A stretch of DNA of 64,000 nucleotides. It comes from a candidate division WS6 bacterium OLB20. Its GTDB lineage: Bacteria; Patescibacteriota; Dojkabacteria; B142; OLB20. The stretch lies in contig JYNZ01000003.1 in NCBI GenBank assembly GCA_001567355.1, positions 605,793 to 669,792 of the forward strand. The letters are read 5' to 3'. Position 1 is the first letter of the stretch; each line of letters begins with the position of its first letter. The notes beneath the pieces are model-generated. The model searched no databases and was not told the origin of the DNA. It saw nothing but the letters and a program-made list of their open reading frames with translations. This document shows, piece by piece, positions 10,731-18,762 of the stretch. The translations under genes were made by a program, and so were the position numbers.

Positions 10731-11954
10731 AAATTGGGTTTAATGAAGCGGGCAATACGGACAGCATCGTCAGGAGTGACATTAACCGATGTCGGCAGAT
10801 TAACAATGTGTTTGGCATATAGCTCTGCTTTTGGTGCGCTGCCGGTCTGATAGCGGAAACGCTCCAAGGTACCCTCGGGTGCATAGAGAATGGTCTTATA
10901 CCAGTCCCCGATGACAACATGATTCTTTTTAGCCTGCTGCAGCGCCAGCTGCTGATCATTAACGAGCACAGGAAACCTGAGGTAGTTATGTTCTCCTTCT
11001 GTTTCGTAGGTTATCCCAAGCTCTCTGCTGTAGACCGCTGCTATGATACGCCGGTGAGCGTTCAAATCTCTCAGCTTTGAAAACTGCCGGATACCTAGCC
11101 GGGCCAATGCTCCTGGCATCTGTGCAGGAAACCACGATGGTTTAACCGTCCTGTATTCTTCGTCCTCAATCATATTGCCAAGCATCCCGAAGCGGTGCGC
11201 TATCCATGTCAGAATTCTTCCGGCAGTCAGTTTGCCGATACCAAGATAATAGACTGGAGTAACGATACTCCAGAACACCGGATTCGTCAGAGAAAGAAGC
11301 ACCCGCAACCTGCTGAAGCGGGGAGCAGATGCGACAGACGCCCGTACCTGAGCAACCAGGTTGGTGTCTCTGGTCAGAACCATTCCGCCACGGACGGTGG
11401 AAATGGCTTTTTCGATCCCGAATGTGAGAATCGCGGCATCACCAAGCAGACCAAGTTTGCGTCCGCGCAATGTTCCACCAAGTGTATGGGCAAGGTCTTC
11501 GATGATTTTCACGCCGGGACCGGTAATCTCTTTAACGGCTTCAACATCAGCCGGCATACCGAATGTGTGCTGCACAAGAATGGCGCGCGTACGTTCTGAA
11601 ACTTTGCTTTTAAGATCAATCAGATTGATGTTGAAATTATCATCCGTATCCACATAAACCGGTGTCGCACCAAGCCAGATCACCGGATTAGCGACTACCA
11701 GACAGGTAAATGCCGGCAGAATGACCTCATCACCGGGACCAACACCATAGCTTTGCAGGATGAGATAGAATGCAGAGCGTGCAGAATCAAGAGCAACGGT
11801 GTCAGCGCCATCAAAAAAAATCCGACACCTGCTTTTCAAATGCGGCGACCGGCTCCGGATCATACCACCTCCACGGTGTAACAAGCTGACGCAACGCCTC
11901 TCTTACATCATCGGACTGAGTGTTCGGCGAAGCTGCGATAAATACAGGTCTCAT
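10715..11954 (-). CDS. DegT/DnrJ/EryC1/ArnB-type PLP-dependent sugar aminotransferase; frameshift in A8 run 11813..11820
   Basis: ORF 10715..11884 matches the DegT core (DGADTVALDSARSAFYLILQSYGVGPGDEVILPAFTCLVVANPV). The true N-terminus is found in the other frame from ATG complement(11952..11954): MRPVFIAASPNTQSDDVREALRQLVTPWRWYDPEPVAAFEKQVSDFF. Seven A instead of eight fuses this to ...DGADTVALD. The ATG overlaps the upstream stop as ATGA. Confidence 0.8.
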
Positions 11955-13051
11955 CTGATGGAACGTAATAACGAAAACAGGCGGGACCGCAAAGGCAGAA
12001 CTTTGTCCCAGACCATATATTGTACAGGTTTAAGCGGCAAAGCAAGAATGCCGGCGTGATCAATCCGTACTCCGCCAAATGACAGCTTGGTATCCGAGTA
12101 TCCTTTATGCTGATCACTCCCGGGGATGATTCCCCAGAAATCATACACCTTGCATCCCGCTGCCTTTGCTGCAAGTACAGACTTCCACCTGAGCAGGTAC
12201 ATGGCCTTTACATTCGGGTGCAGGCGGTTGGACCCTGCATAAAAGGATGACGACCAGTAACCGGTGCGCTCCGAAATATTTATCGCAATTGTGTCACCTT
12301 CAAATGCTGTCTCAAACAGACTGACAGCAGCAGTGCCTTTAAACTCCTGCAGCAGTTTCTCAAACGAGGAGAAAGGCCTGATCGGATAACCGCCGGCACG
12401 CTCCTGCATATCCTCAAGCAGGGAGTAGAAGAGCTGCAGTTTTCCTGATATCTGAGGATCATCAGGCAGGTACTCGGTAACACTGACACCCTTGCGCTCT
12501 GCGTAACCGACATTGTAACGGGTATTCTTTTTCATCATCCCCAGGAGCTGCTCTTCGCTCAGGGCAAGATCATACAGCAGTTTGTACCGCGGCTGCATGT
12601 TACGGCCTGTCTTTTTATATCCGTTCTGCAGAAATGCGTTTAGAGCATCCTTGTCCGTAAACGGTTTCAGATTTTCGCTCAGATCTCCTTCGACGTACGA
12701 GCCAAGCTTCGGTTCAATCTCAATCGCAAAGCAGCCCAGATCAGAAGCGACCGAGCGGAGATGTGCAGTAAACTCTTTCAGGTGGGCAAACAGATTTTCA
12801 GTTGATGCAAAAACAGGTCCGTGCGGAACATACGCAAGGTTTCCAAGCGGACCGGCTGGTTTAATGAGCATCTGCGCAGTAAGTAACGTTCTGCCATCCT
12901 CGACCAGAGCAAGCCTGTGCGGCGTCCAGCCCTCAGTGCGTTTAACCTCACCCCACTGCCAGTAGTTAAGAATGTCACCCCACGGGGAACTGTCGATAAA
13001 CCTGTTCCATTCGGGATCAGGATCGTTGTAGACACGCAGTTCAGTTGCCAA
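11951..13051 (-). CDS. FemAB-family aminoacyl-tRNA-dependent transferase (paralog 2), intact
   Basis: 366-aa ORF with FemA/FemX-like sequence throughout. It overlaps the downstream degT start by 4 nt and the upstream GT-C gene by 11 nt. Confidence 0.8.
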   Translation of the reverse strand: MATELRVYNDPDPEWNRFIDSSPWGDILNYWQWGEVKRTEGWTPHRLALVEDGRTLLTAQMLIKPAGPLGNLAYVPHGPVFASTENLFAHLKEFTAHLRSVASDLGCFAIEIEPKLGSYVEGDLSENLKPFTDKDALNAFLQNGYKKTGRNMQPRYKLLYDLALSEEQLLGMMKKNTRYNVGYAERKGVSVTEYLPDDPQISGKLQLFYSLLEDMQERAGGYPIRPFSSFEKLLQEFKGTAAVSLFETAFEGDTIAINISERTGYWSSSFYAGSNRLHPNVKAMYLLRWKSVLAAKAAGCKVYDFWGIIPGSDQHKGYSDTKLSFGGVRIDHAGILALPLKPVQYMVWDKVLPLRSRLFSLLRSIR

Positions 13052-14726
13052 GATACTCCAGTCTTACGTAAATACTGTATACAGATCCGTCACTCATCTC
13101 TTTTTGTGCAGCCAGAAAGAAGCGGTCATTATTCTCGACATACTCGCGTAACTGTTCATACTTATCCGCCCATATCTCGCCGGCCTCAGGACTGTCAGTG
13201 ACTATTACAAAATCAGCTTCGTCAACCTCGGCCTTGCCTGTTACGAGGTCAGTATAGCGCGAAAACTCATCAGACGAGGAAATAGTTACACCCTGCTGGG
13301 ATGCATACCAGATCAGCTGTGCATCGTTAAACAGCGGCTGCTCTGCGGTGTTGTAAACACGCGGCTGTTCATCCTCCAGAGGAATGTAATAGCTGAGCAC
13401 AAACGAGTACGGCTCACGGAACGCCTCACTGCGGGTATATGGACCGGTCGCCTCGTTAAGTCCTGTTCGCGGAAGAGCGGGCATGAACGTGGCAACACTC
13501 TGCAGAAACGGGTACACGCAAAGTGCAGCTGTTATCAGGGTACCGGTCATCCAGATGCGCGAACGGGAACCGGTGCGAACCGCCACATATGCTGCAGCAA
13601 GTATCCAGAATGCAATCACCGGTACAAAGTAGCGCGCTGTTTTACTCTCGTTTAGTGTCAGAGAGATCAGCATTGGAAGCGGCGTCAATATAATCAGTGC
13701 AAGATTGCTTCCCAGAAGTCCGTCAACGAAGCGGTTAAGAGAGGAAAACCTGTGCCTGACACTCCTGATAACAGTACTGCGTGCTGCTGCTGCACCTGCA
13801 AAAACCTGTAACAGCATAAAGACTGTCAGCGGCCAGCCGATAGTCCAGGTGACAATCACGTACCAGAAGCGAACTGCGGTCACCGGTGAACTCACCGGCC
13901 CGAGAGAGTAGTACTGCGCCAGCTCACCACTGCTCGTAAATCTCGCAAACTCAAGGTATGTTGCGAAATTGGATGCATACCAGGTAAGTGTAAACGGAAT
14001 AAACCCGATCAGTGTAATGACAAAGTATTCAACATATGTGTGCCAGCTTTTCTTCTGCCGCAACTGCCAGTAGATAAAGTAGGTCAGGGGAACAACCAGA
14101 TAGACCGGCATCAGAAACCTCAACAGAAACGCAAGCGAAAGCAGAACACCAGTTGCAAAGAACAGTGTCCGCGAAGATGACGAACGGTAACGTACAAACA
14201 GATAGGTGAGCAGCAGTACAAAAAAGGTCTGCAGCGTCTCACTCATGTATAACCTTGCAAACCCGTACGCACCAGGCATGACAGAGTAGAGGACAAGCGC
14301 CAGCAGTCCGATTGCATTTGCCTGACGTGCCGGAAGCCCGAAAAACAATTTGCGTGCCAGCAGAAAAATCAGGATGCCGTTAACTGCTAGCACCAGCAGA
14401 TTCATCATCAGTGCCGTATTCTCGGATACGCCAAAGATCAGAAATGCAGGTACAGATAGTGCTGCAAATAACGGTGTTCTTGGAAAACGGTCCGGATGAA
14501 TAAACATGTTCTCCCACGTATTGTATGCACCAACAAAATCACCGCGTGACAGTGGTTCGTAGAGCTCAAATGTTCCCTGCAGAAACCGGGCATCGTCACC
14601 GATAAATGGAAGCCGCTGATCTGCAGTTATCCAGAAGACATTGATAAAGAAGAAGAGAGCGGTGACAATAGTCACCGTAGTGAACACATGTCTGTTGCCT
14701 GTCAGTTGTGAAAACAGTCTGCGCAT
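13041..14726 (-). CDS. GT-C glycosyltransferase of the ArnT/PMT (GT39/GT83-like) family, multi-TM
   Basis: 561 aa with at least 10 predicted TM helices. The first extracytoplasmic loop has DDARFLQGTFELYEPLSRGDF, like the DE-x-R-Y-A-E motif of ArnT/PMT_2 enzymes. Confidence 0.75.
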   Translation of the reverse strand: MRRLFSQLTGNRHVFTTVTIVTALFFFINVFWITADQRLPFIGDDARFLQGTFELYEPLSRGDFVGAYNTWENMFIHPDRFPRTPLFAALSVPAFLIFGVSENTALMMNLLVLAVNGILIFLLARKLFFGLPARQANAIGLLALVLYSVMPGAYGFARLYMSETLQTFFVLLLTYLFVRYRSSSSRTLFFATGVLLSLAFLLRFLMPVYLVVPLTYFIYWQLRQKKSWHTYVEYFVITLIGFIPFTLTWYASNFATYLEFARFTSSGELAQYYSLGPVSSPVTAVRFWYVIVTWTIGWPLTVFMLLQVFAGAAAARSTVIRSVRHRFSSLNRFVDGLLGSNLALIILTPLPMLISLTLNESKTARYFVPVIAFWILAAAYVAVRTGSRSRIWMTGTLITAALCVYPFLQSVATFMPALPRTGLNEATGPYTRSEAFREPYSFVLSYYIPLEDEQPRVYNTAEQPLFNDAQLIWYASQQGVTISSSDEFSRYTDLVTGKAEVDEADFVIVTDSPEAGEIWADKYEQLREYVENNDRFFLAAQKEMSDGSVYSIYVRLEYLGN

Positions 14727-14767
14727 GTTGTATAACTCAAACAGCTATGGGTACCCACATGTTACAG

Positions 14768-15895
14768 CTATTTGAGCAGCATTGGCATAACTACGTGGAC
14801 AAAATCCTTGTCCTTGGTGTCCAGAAACACACCTGGTTTTGTCGGTCCAAGCGTCTCAAATACCAGATCATCAGACTTGATAGTATTGATCATGTCTGCC
14901 AGAAAGCGGACATTATAGCCGGTTTCAAAATCATCTCCCGAGACATCATGGATATCAACCGAGCTTTCGTTGTTTCCGACATCGGCAACGGTCGCGCTTA
15001 GTGTCAGTTTGGCATCTGCAACATTTACCGCAAAACGGGCCTTGTTGCCCACAGCATTTCGGGCAAAGATATTGACCACTTTAAGCATGTCGGTAAAATC
15101 CTTTTTGTTGATGCTCACCCTCAGGTTCTGATCACTGGGCAGAATCTCTTCGTAATTTGGAAACTTGCCCTCGATCAGGCGCGTGGAGAGCTCTACATCA
15201 TCCATCTTAAACAGCATCTGATTTTTACTTGCCATCAGATAGACCTTGAGAATATCGTCATCTCCTGAGACATCGCCTATCAGACGCGCAACCTCAGCGA
15301 GCGCCTTGGCAGGAACAATCTCAGTCAACGGTTCTTCTCCTGTCTTACTAAGCTTAAGCACTTTCTTTGATAACCTGAATCCGTCAACTCCTACCATGGT
15401 CAGCTGCTTTCCTTCCGTTTTCATAAGCAGACCGGTCAGAACAGGGCGGGATTCATCGGTAGCTGCGGCAATCGCTGTTCTGGTCACGGCATCTGCAAAG
15501 GTTGAGGCATTCACCTCGAGCAGACTCTCACCCTCAACGCCAGGTACCGTCGGGAAGTCGTCGGCAGGGATGACAAAGAACTCAGCATTGTTGTCCACAG
15601 AACTGACCGCAAGCTTCTGATCGTTCATGACTAGTTCAATCTTGCCTGCCTTCAAGGAGTTTACAAACTCAAACAGGAGTTTTGCCGACACAGTGATCTT
15701 TCCTTCTGTTTCAACCTCGGCACCTATCCACGTACTTATCCCGATCTCCAGATTGGTTGCGGAGAGCTTTAATCGGGACTTTTCGGTCTCGATCAGTACA
15801 TTTGCAAGTACGGGGATATTTGGTCTGCTGCTGACTGCTTTTATGACGTGGTTCAAGGCTTTTGACAGGTTTTCCTGCATTAAGGATACTCTCAT
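14768..15895 (-). CDS. dnaN: DNA polymerase III beta sliding clamp
   Basis: 375 aa. The three-domain DnaN sequence is clear (MRVSLMQENLSKALNHV...PVLANVLIE...). Confidence 0.92.
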   Translation of the reverse strand: MRVSLMQENLSKALNHVIKAVSSRPNIPVLANVLIETEKSRLKLSATNLEIGISTWIGAEVETEGKITVSAKLLFEFVNSLKAGKIELVMNDQKLAVSSVDNNAEFFVIPADDFPTVPGVEGESLLEVNASTFADAVTRTAIAAATDESRPVLTGLLMKTEGKQLTMVGVDGFRLSKKVLKLSKTGEEPLTEIVPAKALAEVARLIGDVSGDDDILKVYLMASKNQMLFKMDDVELSTRLIEGKFPNYEEILPSDQNLRVSINKKDFTDMLKVVNIFARNAVGNKARFAVNVADAKLTLSATVADVGNNESSVDIHDVSGDDFETGYNVRFLADMINTIKSDDLVFETLGPTKPGVFLDTKDKDFVHVVMPMLLK

Positions 15896-16136
15896 GTGGA
15901 TAGGTGGTTACTTATAATATATTTAATTAAAGCTTAGTTTTATTATTATTAGGGCGTGTGTATATGTGAACATTGTAGGGCAGAATGGCTGAATGACACA
16001 AGAAAAGAGCTGTTCTGACCTGTGAATATCTCTGGGATAACTATTACTGTAATTATCCCGATCATATTCTCCCGCATTAATATTAAGAAATCCCTGTCTG
16101 TGGAAAGGGGCGTGTATGACAAGGGATAACTTTTAC
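15896..16136. promoter_or_regulatory. oriC: Candidate chromosomal origin oriC (dnaA-dnaN intergenic): AT-rich unwinding element plus clustered DnaA-box-like 9-mers
   Basis: AT-rich stretch 15910..15952 (tacttataatatatttaattaaagcttagttttattattatta). Box-like sites: ctgggataa 16032..16040, ttatcccga 16053..16061, tgtggaaag 16099..16107, aagggataa 16122..16130 (three share TTATCCC), and tgtgaatat 16021..16029. Confidence 0.6.
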
Positions 16137-17522
16137 TCAAAGATCGCTGGTCTGAATCGCCTCTCTCAGCATATCCACCTGGTTCTTAAATCCGTCATCT
16201 ATCATCAGCTTACTCTTGATCTTGTCGACGGCATGCAAAACGGTTGTGTGGTCTTTTCTGTTCATATACATGGCAACCTGTTCCAGTTTATACCCGAAGT
16301 CCTCACGCAGAATATACATACAGACCTGGCGCGCGAATGCAATATCGGCCGTGCGTCTCGGGCCTTTTAAATCCTTTACGGTGATGTTGAATTCGCGAGA
16401 GACATGCTTAAGGATTGAGGGGACTTTAACCTTTTCGCGCTTTGTTACCGTATCTTTTCCAAGTATTTTTGCGACCTCTTCAAGCGTCAGTTCCTCCTCA
16501 ACCATGGAACTGTACAGTGAGATTTTCTGAAGCGAACCCTCAAGCTCACGCACATTCTCGGTGACATGTTTGGCAATAAATTCGTACACGTTCATCGGCA
16601 GAGAGATACCCATCATCCGCGCCTTGTTTTCTATGATTGCAAGTCGCATCTCAAAATCAGGTTTACTGATATCCACAGTCATACCCCCCTGGAACCGTGA
16701 TCGCAGACGGTCCTCAATCCCGTCGATCTCATCAGGTGAACGGTCCGAGATCAGTACGATCTGTTTTTTGTCGTTATAGAGAACGTTAAAGGTATTGAAG
16801 AATTCGTTCTGTGTCTCCTGCCATTTGGAAATAAACTGGATGTCGTCAATGATCAGAAGATCAAGTGTACGGTACTTCTGTCTGAACTGAATATTTTTAC
16901 CGGAGCGGATCGCCTTGACCATGTCGTTCAGAAAACCTTCGCTTGAGACGTACAGTACTTTTTTGTACGGATCGGTCTCGAGCAGGTCACGTGCAATTGC
17001 CTGGGCAAGATGAGTTTTACCCAGTCCTGTCTTACCGTAAATAAACAGGGGATTGTATGAATCACCAGGCTTGGTTGCTACCGCGACAGCGGCTGCATGC
17101 CCAAGTTTGTTTGACGGGCCGACGATGTAGTTGGCAAACGAGTAATTACTGTTAAGGCCGGCATTTTTTAATGTCTGTTCGAGATGGTTTTCCTGGCCGT
17201 AGGTTGCGGTAAACATCGGCGCCTCTTTGATTATCTCTTCGGCCGTGATCTTGGGACTTGGTTTGTTTACCAGTGATTTGTCTATCTCAAATGTGACCTG
17301 CAGGTCTGAACCGTACACATATGAAAGTGTTTCGCGGATCATGCGCATGTGCTTTTTTTGCAGCCAGTCGCTTGTATAGCTGTTTTTCACACCGATCACA
17401 GCAGTGGCACCCTTAACATCAAGCAGACGGGTGTCTTTAAACCACGTTTTAAACTGGGCAGGTGAATCCAGTTTTACTTCCATCTGTGCAAGGGCAATCT
17501 TCCAGAGTTCGGCAAGATCCAT
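16137..17522 (-). CDS. dnaA: Chromosomal replication initiator DnaA
   Basis: 461 aa with an AAA+ Walker A (GKTGLGKTHLAQAI) and the DnaA C-terminal DNA-binding domain. Confidence 0.96.
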   Translation of the reverse strand: MDLAELWKIALAQMEVKLDSPAQFKTWFKDTRLLDVKGATAVIGVKNSYTSDWLQKKHMRMIRETLSYVYGSDLQVTFEIDKSLVNKPSPKITAEEIIKEAPMFTATYGQENHLEQTLKNAGLNSNYSFANYIVGPSNKLGHAAAVAVATKPGDSYNPLFIYGKTGLGKTHLAQAIARDLLETDPYKKVLYVSSEGFLNDMVKAIRSGKNIQFRQKYRTLDLLIIDDIQFISKWQETQNEFFNTFNVLYNDKKQIVLISDRSPDEIDGIEDRLRSRFQGGMTVDISKPDFEMRLAIIENKARMMGISLPMNVYEFIAKHVTENVRELEGSLQKISLYSSMVEEELTLEEVAKILGKDTVTKREKVKVPSILKHVSREFNITVKDLKGPRRTADIAFARQVCMYILREDFGYKLEQVAMYMNRKDHTTVLHAVDKIKSKLMIDDGFKNQVDMLREAIQTSDL

Positions 17523-17590
17523 ATGTCGACTGGCTTAGATATAAGCAGATATTGGGCAATTCGAAGTTGGGTGCTACCAGCATACAAAAA

Positions 17591-17599
17591 TGTGGATAA
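17591..17599. promoter_or_regulatory. Perfect consensus DnaA box (TGTGGATAA = TTATCCACA) in the dnaA promoter region
   Basis: Exact 9/9 match 68 nt upstream of the dnaA start. A TATAAT-like gatataatc lies at 17637..17645 for the divergent yidD. Confidence 0.6.
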
Positions 17600-17650
17600 C
17601 TGTGCAAGGGTCAAACAGGATTTTGCTGAAAAATGCGATATAATCTTGAG

Positions 17651-17941
17651 ATGACGTTCATACTATCAATCCCGAAAAATATCGCGAAGCTGCTCATCCG
17701 TGTGTATCAGAAAACGCTTTCGTTTGATCACAGCTTCTGGGCAAGGCCTGAGAAGTTCAGAGTCTGTGTCCACTACCCCAGCTGCTCGCAGTTTACCTAC
17801 GAGGCTATTGACCGGTTTGGTGTTGTGCGCGGCAGTCTGATGGGTGGGTCACGGATTACCCGCTGTAACGGATTCACCCAGGGGGGATATGATCCGGTAC
17901 CGGATCACTTTACACTGCGGGCAAATTATCAGAAACCCTAA
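17651..17941 (+). CDS. yidD: Membrane protein insertion efficiency factor YidD
   Basis: LIRVYQKTLS...CVHYPSCSQFTYEAIDRFG...RITRCNGFTQGGYDPVP fits the YidD/PF01809 consensus. ORF track start 17633; the internal ATG at 17651 is preferred. Confidence 0.7.
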   Translation: MTFILSIPKNIAKLLIRVYQKTLSFDHSFWARPEKFRVCVHYPSCSQFTYEAIDRFGVVRGSLMGGSRITRCNGFTQGGYDPVPDHFTLRANYQKP

Positions 17942-18657
17942 CGTATGTCTTTGAAGGACTTCCTGCTGATCGGCTTGCCGGTAAACATCATATATACGCC
18001 ATTTATCAGCAGATCTTTACTGTTCCAGGCAACCGTCGGAAAACTTCCGCTGTAACGTCTTCCCGACATAGGCAGATAGTAATCCTTGATTATCACAACC
18101 TTACCGATCTTTTTCAGCTGCAGCGTAAAGTATGCGTCGGAATTGAGATCAAAGCCGTGATTGAATCCTCCGACTTTTCGCCATGCCTCTTTTGTCGCCG
18201 ATAAAGATGCGCCCCACATGGCTTCGCGGAAGTTAAAGTTGGTTGAAAAGTGGTAGATACGTGTAAACCACGGTTCGGCGTCGTAAAACGTAATCCTGGT
18301 ACCGGCTCCTACAACCTCGGGGTCTCTGTAGGCATCGGCAATCACACGCACAAAGCGTTCATCCGGCAGTGTATCAGCATCGGTCTGGATGACGATGTCG
18401 CCGCGCGCTTCGCTGAAGCCCCGTTCTACGGCAAAACGGTTGCCCTTCTGATCCTCGCGCACCACCCGCGCCCCATGAAGACGTGCGATTGCAGCTGTTT
18501 TGTCAGTGCTTGCGTTATCAATTACAAGTAACTCGTATTCCTCATCAAAGTCCTGATTGCGCAGACGTTCCAGTGTCAGACCGATAAGTTTTTCTTCGTT
18601 GTGGGCAGGGACAAAGACGGTTACTCGAGGATGAGTGAGATTGTTGTTAACCGGCAT
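17938..18657 (-). CDS. Family 2 glycosyltransferase
   Basis: VFVPAHNEE...LLVIDNASTDKT...TDADT are GT2 (GT-A fold, DxD) hallmarks. Confidence 0.8.
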   Translation of the reverse strand: MPVNNNLTHPRVTVFVPAHNEEKLIGLTLERLRNQDFDEEYELLVIDNASTDKTAAIARLHGARVVREDQKGNRFAVERGFSEARGDIVIQTDADTLPDERFVRVIADAYRDPEVVGAGTRITFYDAEPWFTRIYHFSTNFNFREAMWGASLSATKEAWRKVGGFNHGFDLNSDAYFTLQLKKIGKVVIIKDYYLPMSGRRYSGSFPTVAWNSKDLLINGVYMMFTGKPISRKSFKDIR

Positions 18658-18762
18658 GGCTTGTGTGACTTACTATTCGCTTCTGCCATTATACAGCTTA
18701 TTTACATGCAGGCGGTAGTCCGTTACTCTTATATATAATCCTTTACTTGAAACCACTGTCCT

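Noticed and set aside
15949-16140. 63-aa ORF inside the dnaA-dnaN spacer
   Set aside because: It lies within the AT-rich oriC region with DnaA-box-like repeats, so it is not coding.
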